The notes under the pieces were generated by a model, which did not search any database, was not told the DNA's origin, and saw only the letters and a program-made list of their open reading frames with translations. Made by a program: the position numbers and the translations under genes. Shown piece by piece: positions 23,966-33,152 of a DNA stretch of 64,000 nt; positions within the stretch are counted from its first letter, which is position 1; every line of letters begins with the position of its first letter. The stretch is from NCBI GenBank assembly GCA_015069615.1, contig SVIF01000004.1, positions 6,270 through 70,269 on the forward strand, read 5' to 3'. This DNA is from Clostridiales bacterium. Lineage in GTDB: Bacteria; Bacillota; Clostridia; Christensenellales; Borkfalkiaceae.

Positions 23966-25424
23966 ATTTTTCCACCTGTAATTTTACTTCTCCCTCCGCG
24001 CTAAACAGCACTTGGGTTTTTTCCGGGCGATTAAAGGACATTGTGGACATAGCCACTTTGCCGTCCTGCGTGAACACTTCTACCGTGTTTACGTCCAAAA
24101 ACACGTCCAGCGCCAGCGTATTGCCGTTTAAGGCAACGGGAACGGTGCGAATCCCTTCCCTAACGCGCTCGCGGTCTTCCCCCTTCGTTGGGTAATCGCT
24201 TTTGGAATTATCCACGGTGAAAACCCCCGTAATTTTATCGTACGAAAGGGTGGTTTCGGTTTCCCCGCCCGCAAATACTTTTAGGGTGAACGCGGTTGCG
24301 TTTTGCATATCCGCTTTAATTTTTAAGCGTTGTACGCTACCGAAAAAGTCTGCATCCGCCTTCGTTTCCCCGTTTACGGTGAACGTTTTTACCTTCGTTC
24401 GGCGAAAAGCGTTTTCCACCCCTTGCGCGGGGAATTGCAGCAGTTCGTCCTTTTTAATTTCTAACCTACGGGGCAGGGTAAAGTTGTTGGCAAAGCCCAC
24501 GAAGGGACGTTCGGTTTTATATTCCCTTTCCCAGTTCGCCATCCACGCGATTAAGGTGGGGGTTCCGTCTATTCCACGGGTTACTTGCGCGGCGTAAAAA
24601 TCCTTGCCGTGGTCAATTTCCCCTATCTTACGGGGGGTAAACTTGCCCGTTTCGTAGTTCAGTTTGCCGATTAGATATACCGTACTGCGGCTATTGTGAT
24701 AATCGTGCCCACTAACGGGTACTTCTATGGGGGACATTACGAGTAAATCCGTGTTTTCATCCACGGGGCAGAAGGAAGGGCATTCCCACATTGCGCCAAG
24801 GTTGGGGTTTTCGTACATAACGCCCACGTATTTCCAAGTTATTAAATCGCTGGAAGTAAACAGTTGCGCTTGCCCCTTCCACGCGCTATTTTTACTGTTT
24901 CCCACCACCGCGTAGTAGTTTTCCCCACGTTTCCATACCGAAGGATCGCGAAAATCCGCGTGCGAAGCATCCCCCGTTAGTAGTTCGGGGGGAATTACGG
25001 GGTTTTCTTTCACTTTCGTAAAGGTTACGCCCCCGTCCGTGGAATAAGCCAAGCATTGCGCCTCCCTTTGGGGTTTAAGATCGGTTGCGTTGTTTTGCCC
25101 CGTGTAAAGAAGGTATAGTTTCCCCTCCTTTTCTATCGCGCCACCCGACCAGCACCCGTCCTTATCGTATTCTTCACCGGGGAAGATTGCCAAGGGCAAG
25201 TGTGTAAAATGCACTAAATCCGCGCTTTCCGCATGCCCCCAACCCACACAGTTTTCGTACCTTGCTTGGTAAAACAGTTGATACTTACCGTTATAAACGG
25301 TAAAACCGTTGGGATCGTTGATAAAACCCGCGGGCGCGGTAAAGTGATAGCGGGGGCGCATACTTTCATCTACCCACGTTTTCATTTCGTTTTGCACGTT
25401 TTGGTAATGTTGTAAGGGTTTCAT
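23952..25424 (-). CDS. GH32 beta-fructofuranosidase / sucrose-6-phosphate hydrolase
   Basis: 490 aa with the GH32 catalytic motifs INDPNG, FRDP and WECP. Confidence 0.85.
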   Translation of the reverse strand: MKPLQHYQNVQNEMKTWVDESMRPRYHFTAPAGFINDPNGFTVYNGKYQLFYQARYENCVGWGHAESADLVHFTHLPLAIFPGEEYDKDGCWSGGAIEKEGKLYLLYTGQNNATDLKPQREAQCLAYSTDGGVTFTKVKENPVIPPELLTGDASHADFRDPSVWKRGENYYAVVGNSKNSAWKGQAQLFTSSDLITWKYVGVMYENPNLGAMWECPSFCPVDENTDLLVMSPIEVPVSGHDYHNSRSTVYLIGKLNYETGKFTPRKIGEIDHGKDFYAAQVTRGIDGTPTLIAWMANWEREYKTERPFVGFANNFTLPRRLEIKKDELLQFPAQGVENAFRRTKVKTFTVNGETKADADFFGSVQRLKIKADMQNATAFTLKVFAGGETETTLSYDKITGVFTVDNSKSDYPTKGEDRERVREGIRTVPVALNGNTLALDVFLDVNTVEVFTQDGKVAMSTMSFNRPEKTQVLFSAEGEVKLQVEKYEFQ

Positions 25425-25485
25425 ATTCCTTCCCCCGTTTTTCGTTTTTTCTTACGTTTGGCGTACGCGGTGCGAACGCTTTATT

Positions 25486-25514
25486 ATTATACAATAAAAC
25501 GCGCGGTTTTTCAA
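25486..25514 (-). promoter_or_regulatory. SigmaA-type promoter of the GH32 gene
   Basis: Minus strand TTGAAA-17 nt-TATAAT. Confidence 0.5.
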
Positions 25515-25541
25515 TACTTTTTTTATTTTTCGGCAAGAAAA

Positions 25542-25567
25542 AAGCCTTCCCAAATACGGAAAGGCTT
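25542..25567 (-). terminator. Terminator downstream of the BspA-like gene
   Basis: Hairpin aagccttcc / ggaaaggctt, followed on the minus strand by a U-run. Confidence 0.5.
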
Positions 25568-25583
25568 TTCTGCTTTATAAAAA

Positions 25584-28500
25584 TTACAGTTTATACCAGT
25601 AATAATTGTTATACGTACTCTTAAAATACGTTGCGTTGGTGATGGGGGTGGTTACGCTTGTTTTCGTGCCACCCGTTTTATTATTGCAGTTGTAAGAACT
25701 TGTTGTTCGGTACCACGTGCTGGTATCGCTAAACGTAATTTTAGTTAAGGAATTGCAAGAATTGAACGCATCAGAACCTATGCTGGTTACGCTATCGGGT
25801 ATCACGATTTCCGTTAAGGAATCGCAAGAAGAGAACGCATCAGAACCTATGCTGGTTACGCTATTCGGTATCACGATTTCCGTTAAGGAATCGCAATTAT
25901 TGAACGCAGAAGAACCTATGCGGGTTACCGTATACGTTGTTCCGTTATACGTTACGCTTGCAGGGATAGTAATGTTGCCTGCAATGTTTCGGGATTGTTC
26001 TACCACCGTTGCAATGCCATCCTTTAACGCATAGCGGATGCCGTTTTGCTCGGTGTAAATATTGCCGTTCGTTGCTACGTCATTATTCTTGCAGTTCCAA
26101 ACCACGGGGCGGTTAGAAGGGTTCCAATCACTATTCCACCCGATAGGCTGACTTGCCGCTTCGCAGTAGATGGTTAAGGAACTGCAAGAAACGAACGCAT
26201 AATAACCTATGCTGGTTACGCTATTTGGTATCACAATTTCCGTTAAGGAAGAGCAATATTCGAACGCTCTATAACCTATGCTGGTTACGCTATTCGGTAT
26301 CACAATTTCCGTTAAGGAAGAGCAAGAAGAGAACGCTTCATCACCTATGCTGGTTACCCCCTTTGGTATCACAATTTCCGTTAAGGAAGTGCAATTATAG
26401 AACGCATAATAACCTATGCTGGTTACGCTATTCGGTATCACGATTTCCGTTAAGGAAGTGCAATATCTGAACGCAGAAGAACCTATGCTGGTTACGCTAT
26501 TCGGTATCACAATTTCCGTTAAGGAAGTGCAATTATAGAACGCACCTCCACCTATGCTGGTTACCGCATACGTGGTGCCTTTGTAGGTTACGCTTGCTGG
26601 GATAGTAATGCTGCCGGCAATATTTGAGGAAGATTGATGCACCACTGTTGCGGTGCCATCCTTAATTCCATACATAATGCCGTTTTGCTTTACGTATTGA
26701 TATCCCCAAACCTCGTTGGAGTGAGTATAGTTCCACTCACTATCCCACCCATTGGGCTGGCTTTCCGCTTCGCAGTAAATGGTTAAGGAATAGCAAGCAA
26801 AGAACGCCCATTCACCTATGCTGGTTACGCCCTCTGGTATCACGATTTCCGTTAAGGAATCGCAATAATAGAACGCATAATTACCTATGCTGGTTAACTG
26901 GCTGTTATCGCCAAACGTTACCGTGGTTAAGGAATCGCATTCATCGAACGCAGAAGAACCTATGCTGGTTACGCTATCCGGTATCACGATTTCCGTTAAG
27001 GAATCGCAAGAAGAGAACGCAGAATTACCTATGCTGGTTACGCTATCCGGTATCACGATTTCCGTTAAGGAATCGCAAGAAGAGAACGCAGAATTACCTA
27101 TGCTGGTTACGCTATTCGGTATCACGATTTCCGTTAAGGAATCGCAATAATAGAACGCATAATTACCTATGCTGGTTAACTGGCTGTTATCGCCAAACGT
27201 TACCGTGGTTAAGGAATCGCAATCACGGAACGCATAATCACCTATGCTGGTTACGCTATTCGGTATCACGATTTCCGTTAAGGAATCGCAAGAATCGAAC
27301 GCCCAATCACCTATGCTGGTTACACTTGCGGGTATCACGATTTCCGTTAAGGAATCGCAATCATAGAACGCATCATAACCTATGCTGGTTACGGGGTAGT
27401 TCATATATTTACCAGGGATAGTAACCGTAGTGCTACTGCCCGTGTAATCGGTTACGGAATACTCGCTTCCATTTTTTGTAAATTTTAATCCTGTGGTATA
27501 CGGTTCCTGCCATACGGCGTACAGGGTATAGGTGCTACTGGTGCCCATGGTGTAGGTGGCGCGGTTTTTATACTCCACACTGCCGCTTGCACTGGTTGCC
27601 CAACCTACAAAAGTATATCCCGTTTTGGTAAAGGCGTTGGTGGTTAAGGTGGCGGTGGCGCCCGTTTGTATTTGCATATTTTGCATACTGCCGGACGTAG
27701 CGCCGTTGCCGTCAAACTTTAAGGTGTTGGTATTTACCTGCCATACGGCATACAGGGTATATTCCGCATCCGTACTCATGGTGTAGTTAGCACCGTTGGT
27801 GTATTCCACATTGCCGCTTGCCGTGGTGGACCAGCCCTTAAATGTGTAGCCTGCTTTTACAAAGGTATTGGTGGTTAAGGTGGCGGTGGCGTTCGTTTTA
27901 ATTTGCATGTCCGCCATTTCCCCCGAAGTGGCGCCGTTGCCTTCAAATTTTAAGGTGTTTGTGTTTGCCTGCCATACGGCATATAGTGTAACTTCATTTA
28001 ACCCCATGGTGTAGGTGGCGCCGTTTGCATACGCAACGTTGCCACTGGCACTGGTTGCCCAACCCATAAAGGTATAGCCGGCTTTTGCAAAAGTGTTAGC
28101 GGTAAGGGTAACGCTTCTACCTGCGTGGATTTGCATATCCTGCATAGTGCCCAAAGTTGCACCATTGCCATTGAAATGTAAGGTGTTTAACGCCCCTTCC
28201 CACACGGCATACAGGGTATATTCGCTATCCGTACCCATGGTGTAGGTGGCACGGTTTGCATATTCTTCTACACCCGTAGGGGTGGTTGCCCAGCCCATAA
28301 AGGTGTAGCCTGTGCGGCTGAACGCGTTGGCGGTAAGGGTGGCGGTGGCATCGGTGTTAATTTTCATGCTTGCCATAGTGCCGGACGTAGCGCCGTTGCC
28401 GTCAAACTTTAAGGTGTTGGTGTTGGCTTGCCATACGGCATACAGGGTATACTCGCTATTCGTACCCATGGTGTAGGTGGCACCGTTTGCGTATGCCACA

Positions 28501-30983
28501 CTGCCACTTGCACTGGTTGCCCAGCCCATAAAGGTATAGCCGGGGCGGGCGAACCCGTTAGCGGTAAGGGTGGCGGTGGCGTTCGTTTTAATTTGCATGT
28601 TTGCCATGCTACCCGAAGTTGCGCCGTTACCGTTAAATTTTAAGGTGTTGGTGTTGGCTTGCCATACAGCGTACAGGGTATAGCCTTCCTTTTGCTGGAA
28701 GGTAACGGTTGCACCGTTTTGGTATTTCACTGCACCGGAGGCGCTTTCTGCCCAACCCATAAAGGTATAACCAGGACGGCTAAATGCGTTAGTATTTAGC
28801 GTTTTATTGCCGTATTTATATACAGTTTGGTTTGCCATGGTGCCAGAAGTGGCATCGTTGCCGTCAAACGTAATTACGTTTTCGGTTAATTCCCATACGG
28901 CGTACAGGGTATATTCGCTATCCGTACCCATGGTGTAGGTGGCACGGTTTTCATACGCCACACTGCCACTTGCACTGGTTGCCCAGCCCATAAAGGTATA
29001 ACCCGTTTTGGTAAAGCCGTTGGCAGTTAAAACTGCCGTTGCATCCGAACGAATTTGCATATCCTGCATTTCGCCCGAAGTTGCGCCGTTACCGTTAAAA
29101 TTTAAGGTGTTTAGATTGCCTTGCCATACGGCGTACAGGGTGTATTCACTATCCGTGCCCATGGTGTAGGTTGCTTGGTTTTCGTATTCTACTTCTCCAT
29201 CCGCAGTGATTGCCCAGCCCATAAAGGTGTAGCCGGGGCGGGCGAACCCGTTAGCGGTAAGGGTGGCGGTGGCGGCGGTGTTTATTTGCATATTTTGCAT
29301 ACTACCCGCAGTTGCGCCGTTGCCGTCAAACTTTAAGGTGTTGGTGTTGGCTTGCCATTTGGCGTATAAATCCAACTTGCCGTGGCTGCCCGTAGCAATG
29401 GTGGTTACGGGGGTGGTAAAGGTGCTTTCCTTATACCAACCCTTAAAAGTATAGCCTGCCTTGGTGGGGGATTTTAGGGTGATTGCGGAACTTTCTACGT
29501 TATACTTTTTGGGGTTTTGGTCTAAATCATCCCCGCCATCCAAATGGTAGGTAATGGCGTAATCCACGGGGGTCCATTTTGCATAAAGGGTGATATCCCC
29601 TATGCTACCAATATCCACGCCCGTTTGGGTAGAACCCGTAAAGTTTTCGTTTAGATACCAGCCTTCAAAATCATAATAATCGCGCGTAGGCGTGCGGAAA
29701 GTAAAATATTCCAGCACCGTGTAGGTTTCTTTTTTGTTTTCTATCGTACCGCCGTTTAGGTTGTAGGTAATGGGGTAGCTGATGGGGGTGAAAACGGGGG
29801 TAAAGACTACTTCCTTAGTTAAGGTGTAGGGGAAGGAGGCAATTTGGGCACCATCAAACCAGCCGTCAAAGGTATGGCCACGTTTTTCGGGATTCCTTTC
29901 GGGCGCGGAAATTTGGGAACGCTCCTGCGCGGTATTCGTTACCACATTTTCCAAACTGTACGCAAAGGCGTAATCTAACATTGCCAAACGGTACACGTTT
30001 AATTTGTAACGGGTAAAGTGTTCCCCATCCGGGTGGAATACGATAATATACGCAATATTATCCCCCACGAAAAGAGTCATTGCTTTTAGGGGGTATTCTT
30101 GCAATCCGGTAAAATCCGAATACAAACGCCAATTGCAGCCCTTGCTTACAACGAAACGGCTGTTTAGGTCAATATTTTCGGTTGTGAAAGGCACCGTAAG
30201 GGTAACTTCGGTGGGTTGCTTGGTGTAATCCATGGTGAACCCATCTGCGTTTTCTATGCGGTAGGATAACCATTTTGCATAAAGCGTGATATTGCCAAAA
30301 CTACCCGCGGCAATTTCGGAAACACGGCTTTCTTCGGTAAACGTGGGGGTTGTGTACCAGCCACCAAAGTTTTTGCCGTAGGAATCTTCTAAGGCAGTTA
30401 GGGGCAATGCAGGGCTTTCTATTGTGAACTGCGTGGGGTTATCCACGTGGTTTTCCGCACCACCCAAAACATAGGTAACCGTGTAGGTTTCAAGAGTGGT
30501 TACCGCATACGCGGTGATATCCTGCGTTACGTTGGTAAAGGACGTGCGGTTCCACGTTACGGTATAGCCGTTTACAGGCTTGGGGGTGGGCAGGGTGGTT
30601 AGGCTGCCTCCGTTTGCCACCTCTACCACTACGTCCGCAAAGCCCGCCTGTATAAAGGTGATTTTACGCATTGCCACAGGGGCCACCGAAGGTGTTACGC
30701 TGGGCACAACCGTAGGTTGGGCGGTAGGAATTACGCTAGATTCTACCGAAGGCGCAACACTGGGCATTACGCTGGGGGCCACCGAAAGTGTTACGCTGGG
30801 CACAACCGTAGGTTGGGCGGTAGGAACCACAGTAGGTTGCGTACTTGCCGACGTGCTTGTCGAAGGGGTGGGCGTTTGGGTAGGTGTGGGGTTAGAACCG
30901 TCCCCACCAAAACACGCGGTTGCCGTAAAGCAGAGCACTGTTACCATAAACAGTAACGTAAGCAGTTTACAAAGCTTTTTCAT
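25584..30983 (-). CDS. Giant surface lipoprotein: PT/PSV linker, Listeria-Bacteroides (Flg_new) repeats and BspA-type leucine-rich repeats
   Basis: Starts MKKLCKLLTLLFMVTVLCFTATAC (signal peptide plus Cys) after an AAAGGAG RBS. It has at least 12 GYTFxGW...TLYAxW repeats and about 25 LTEIVIPxSVTSIGxxAFxxCxS repeats. No LPXTG motif. Confidence 0.8.
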   Translation of the reverse strand: MKKLCKLLTLLFMVTVLCFTATACFGGDGSNPTPTQTPTPSTSTSASTQPTVVPTAQPTVVPSVTLSVAPSVMPSVAPSVESSVIPTAQPTVVPSVTPSVAPVAMRKITFIQAGFADVVVEVANGGSLTTLPTPKPVNGYTVTWNRTSFTNVTQDITAYAVTTLETYTVTYVLGGAENHVDNPTQFTIESPALPLTALEDSYGKNFGGWYTTPTFTEESRVSEIAAGSFGNITLYAKWLSYRIENADGFTMDYTKQPTEVTLTVPFTTENIDLNSRFVVSKGCNWRLYSDFTGLQEYPLKAMTLFVGDNIAYIIVFHPDGEHFTRYKLNVYRLAMLDYAFAYSLENVVTNTAQERSQISAPERNPEKRGHTFDGWFDGAQIASFPYTLTKEVVFTPVFTPISYPITYNLNGGTIENKKETYTVLEYFTFRTPTRDYYDFEGWYLNENFTGSTQTGVDIGSIGDITLYAKWTPVDYAITYHLDGGDDLDQNPKKYNVESSAITLKSPTKAGYTFKGWYKESTFTTPVTTIATGSHGKLDLYAKWQANTNTLKFDGNGATAGSMQNMQINTAATATLTANGFARPGYTFMGWAITADGEVEYENQATYTMGTDSEYTLYAVWQGNLNTLNFNGNGATSGEMQDMQIRSDATAVLTANGFTKTGYTFMGWATSASGSVAYENRATYTMGTDSEYTLYAVWELTENVITFDGNDATSGTMANQTVYKYGNKTLNTNAFSRPGYTFMGWAESASGAVKYQNGATVTFQQKEGYTLYAVWQANTNTLKFNGNGATSGSMANMQIKTNATATLTANGFARPGYTFMGWATSASGSVAYANGATYTMGTNSEYTLYAVWQANTNTLKFDGNGATSGTMASMKINTDATATLTANAFSRTGYTFMGWATTPTGVEEYANRATYTMGTDSEYTLYAVWEGALNTLHFNGNGATLGTMQDMQIHAGRSVTLTANTFAKAGYTFMGWATSASGNVAYANGATYTMGLNEVTLYAVWQANTNTLKFEGNGATSGEMADMQIKTNATATLTTNTFVKAGYTFKGWSTTASGNVEYTNGANYTMSTDAEYTLYAVWQVNTNTLKFDGNGATSGSMQNMQIQTGATATLTTNAFTKTGYTFVGWATSASGSVEYKNRATYTMGTSSTYTLYAVWQEPYTTGLKFTKNGSEYSVTDYTGSSTTVTIPGKYMNYPVTSIGYDAFYDCDSLTEIVIPASVTSIGDWAFDSCDSLTEIVIPNSVTSIGDYAFRDCDSLTTVTFGDNSQLTSIGNYAFYYCDSLTEIVIPNSVTSIGNSAFSSCDSLTEIVIPDSVTSIGNSAFSSCDSLTEIVIPDSVTSIGSSAFDECDSLTTVTFGDNSQLTSIGNYAFYYCDSLTEIVIPEGVTSIGEWAFFACYSLTIYCEAESQPNGWDSEWNYTHSNEVWGYQYVKQNGIMYGIKDGTATVVHQSSSNIAGSITIPASVTYKGTTYAVTSIGGGAFYNCTSLTEIVIPNSVTSIGSSAFRYCTSLTEIVIPNSVTSIGYYAFYNCTSLTEIVIPKGVTSIGDEAFSSCSSLTEIVIPNSVTSIGYRAFEYCSSLTEIVIPNSVTSIGYYAFVSCSSLTIYCEAASQPIGWNSDWNPSNRPVVWNCKNNDVATNGNIYTEQNGIRYALKDGIATVVEQSRNIAGNITIPASVTYNGTTYTVTRIGSSAFNNCDSLTEIVIPNSVTSIGSDAFSSCDSLTEIVIPDSVTSIGSDAFNSCNSLTKITFSDTSTWYRTTSSYNCNNKTGGTKTSVTTPITNATYFKSTYNNYYWYKL
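25700..27400 (-). repeat. 69-nt periodic BspA-LRR coding repeats (approximate bounds)
   Basis: Repeated ...ctatgctggttacgctattcggtatcacgatttccgttaaggaa... units form two LRR blocks. Each block is followed by a CEA.SQP.GW motif. Confidence 0.8.
26959..27096 (-). repeat. Perfect 69-bp tandem duplication inside the LRR region
   Basis: 26959-27027 and 27028-27096 are identical by eye. Confidence 0.8.
27505..29350 (-). repeat. About nine tandem ~207-nt Flg_new coding repeats of high similarity (approximate bounds)
   Basis: Protein repeat: NTNTLKF.GNGATSG.M..MQI.T.ATATLT.N.F...GYTFMGWATSASG.V.Y.N.ATYTMGT.SEYTLYAVWQA. Confidence 0.75.
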
Positions 30984-31030
30984 AGTTTTCTCCTTTCCCA
31001 TTTGGGAAACAAAGTTCTAAAAATAAAAAA

Positions 31031-31056
31031 TGTGCCGAAGCAAACGCAACGGCACA
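31031..31056 (-). terminator. Intrinsic terminator inside the 5' leader of the BspA-like gene (candidate attenuator)
   Basis: Minus-strand RNA UGUGCCG-12 nt loop-CGGCACA followed by UUUUUUAUUUUU, about 35 nt upstream of the RBS. Confidence 0.45.
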
Positions 31057-31200
31057 CCGTAAAAATGTACGTTCCGCTTGCTGCGACACAAACTTAATAC
31101 AAACACCTTATAAGCGAAGATATTATGTAATGCGAAAAGGTACACTTCTACCAAGGAAGTATACTTCTACTTATAAGATATTAAGTTTGGTCGCAAAAAC

Positions 31201-31229
31201 ATTGTAGCACAATATTTTTAATATTGCAA
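31201..31229 (-). promoter_or_regulatory. SigmaA-type promoter of the BspA-like gene
   Basis: Minus strand TTGCAA-17 nt-TACAAT. It predicts a leader of about 200 nt. Confidence 0.5.
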
Positions 31230-31268
31230 GCGATTAAAAGAAAAAACCTTTTGCCTGTAAGTATAAGC

Positions 31269-31298
31269 CCCCGCCCCGCGGAAATCCGCGGGGCGGGG
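31269..31298 (-). terminator. GC-rich 13-bp perfect hairpin downstream of spoIVA (probable terminator, no adjacent U-tract)
   Basis: ccccgccccgcgg aaat ccgcggggcgggg. Confidence 0.4.
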
Positions 31299-31301
31299 AT
31301 G

Positions 31302-31348
31302 TTAGATTCTCCGATTCGCCCATCACGTAGGTAGGCGAAGAATGACAA
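31302..31348 (-). repeat. Intergenic hairpin repeat element, copy 3
   Basis: ttagattctccgattcgcccatcacgtaggtaggcgaagaatgacaa. It has the same outer arms as the copies at 14085 and 14766, with a divergent interior. Confidence 0.7.
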
Positions 31349-31491
31349 AATCAATTCCTATTTTTTATTAAGAAAGCGTAGAAACGAGTTATGCAAGGCT
31401 CGCTAGGAATTTGAGATGAGATGAACCTTGTTGGTTATCGAAGTCCAAATTCGTAGCAGTTAACGAAGCAGAACGACGTTGATACACTTTC

Positions 31492-32970
31492 TTAAAGAAG
31501 GATGCAAAGCACCCCGCCTTTGCCTTCGTTTACGATACGCGATACCGTTTTTTGCATTTTCTTTCTAGTATCAAAGGGCATGGCGGTAATTTTGCCTTCC
31601 ATCCCTTCCGCCATCATAGAGTGCAATGTTTTTCCAAACAATTTGGTTTCCCACACGGCGGAAGGGTCGCTTTCCAGCCGTTCGGTTAAATACGCAGCCA
31701 TTTCGCGGGATTGTTCTTCGGTGCCAACAATGGGGCTGATTTCGGTGGATACGTCCACCTTCATCACGTGTAAACTGGGGGCGGTTGCTTTTAGTTTTAC
31801 GCCGAATCCCCCACCGCGTTTTACGATTTCGGGGGGTTGCAAGGTAAGTTCTTCCACCCCGGGAACAACTACGCCGTAGCCTTCTGCTTCCACTTCGGTA
31901 AGGGCGTATTTCAGTTTTTCATATTCCCGCTTTGCTACCGCCAAATTTTTACAGTAAGTAAGCAAATCAAATTCGCTGCTCAGTTCTTCCCCACACGCTT
32001 CGCTTAACACTTGGTAAAAATATCCTTCCTTTGCGGAAAGAGCGAACGTGGCGCTGCCCGTGGCGGGGTTTACTTCTTGAGTCGCGGGGGAACACAACGG
32101 GCATTCACCCCCCAAAACGCTTTCAAACACGGTGAAATCCTTCATCTTTTCCACGCGTTCTGCAACCCCTTTTACCGAAGAAATCAATTCGGCAATTACG
32201 GGGTGATCCTGGGGCAGTGCTTGCAACCACGCGGGCAAGGTAAATTCCACTTGCGTAAGCGGAAATTCGTATAAAAGACTTTGTAAAATTTGCGTAAATT
32301 CTTCTTCGCCCGCTCTTAACACCGAGTTTACCAGCACGGGAACGCCGTATTTTTGCGTAAGTTCCGCTTGCAAAGAAAGCGCGCTTTCCCCTTCGGGGAA
32401 CTGCGTGTTAAGTAGGATAACGAAGGGTTTCCCCGCCGCCTGTAATTCGCGCGCAACGGCTTCTTCACTTTCTTGATACGCGCTACGCGGAATATCCGTA
32501 AAAGTGCCGTCCGTAGTAACCAAAACCGCCACGGTGGAATGCTGGTTAATTACCTTGCGGGTACCCATTTCCGCCGCCGTAACAAAGGGCAATTCCTCCT
32601 CTTGCCACGGGGTTTTTACCATGCGGGGGGCACCTTCTTCTTCGCTCCCTAGCGCGCCGTTTACCAAGTAGCCAACGCAGTCAATCATACGCACCTTGGC
32701 CCTACCGCCGTTACCAAAGGTAACGGTTGCCCCTTCGGTAGGTACGAACTTGGGTTCGGTAGTGGTTACGGTTTTGCCCGCACCGCTTTGGGGAAGAAAA
32801 TCTTCCGCCATCTTCTTTTTTTCACTTTCTTCCATATTCGGAAGCACCATGCTTTGCATAAAACGGGAAATGAAGGTGGATTTTCCCGTTCTTACGGGCC
32901 CAACCACGCCGATATAAAGTTCCCCACCCGTGCGGCGGGCAATATCCCCGTACAAATCAAATTCTTGCAT
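31492..32970 (-). CDS. spoIVA: Stage IV sporulation protein A (spore coat morphogenetic ATPase)
   Basis: 492 aa. The N-terminus DIARRTGGELYIGVVGPVRTGKSTFI matches the SpoIVA Walker A region. Confidence 0.9.
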   Translation of the reverse strand: MQEFDLYGDIARRTGGELYIGVVGPVRTGKSTFISRFMQSMVLPNMEESEKKKMAEDFLPQSGAGKTVTTTEPKFVPTEGATVTFGNGGRAKVRMIDCVGYLVNGALGSEEEGAPRMVKTPWQEEELPFVTAAEMGTRKVINQHSTVAVLVTTDGTFTDIPRSAYQESEEAVARELQAAGKPFVILLNTQFPEGESALSLQAELTQKYGVPVLVNSVLRAGEEEFTQILQSLLYEFPLTQVEFTLPAWLQALPQDHPVIAELISSVKGVAERVEKMKDFTVFESVLGGECPLCSPATQEVNPATGSATFALSAKEGYFYQVLSEACGEELSSEFDLLTYCKNLAVAKREYEKLKYALTEVEAEGYGVVVPGVEELTLQPPEIVKRGGGFGVKLKATAPSLHVMKVDVSTEISPIVGTEEQSREMAAYLTERLESDPSAVWETKLFGKTLHSMMAEGMEGKITAMPFDTRKKMQKTVSRIVNEGKGGVLCILL

Positions 32971-32998
32971 ATAGAAACCTCCCCTTTCTGCCTACGGT

Positions 32999-33027
32999 AT
33001 TGTATGGCGGGGAAAAGAAATATATGC
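32999..33027 (-). promoter_or_regulatory. SigmaE-type promoter upstream of spoIVA
   Basis: Minus strand GCATATA-14 nt-CATACAAT fits the Bacillus sigmaE consensus as I recall it (ZHATAxx-14-CATACAHT). Confidence 0.5.
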
Positions 33028-33103
33028 CGATTTATCGCGAAAAAAGAAAACTAAGACCCCGTGATACGAAAGGCGAACACTAAAAGTAACGAACAAAAAA
33101 GAA

Positions 33104-33126
33104 GAACGCGGAAACTTTCCGCGTTC
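33104..33126 (-). terminator. Terminator downstream of plsY
   Basis: gaacgcgg aaacttt ccgcgttc, followed on the minus strand by UUCUUUUUU. Confidence 0.55.
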
Positions 33127-33152
33127 ATAAAAATTTGTTTTTTATTGTTCTA

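Noticed and set aside
31057-31194. c-di-GMP riboswitch (GEMM-I or class II) in the adhesin leader.
   Set aside because: The conserved GEMM blocks (GCAAA..GGGACGCAAAGCC, or the ACGCAC/CCCGC pseudoknot motifs) are absent. It is kept only as an unclassified structured leader.
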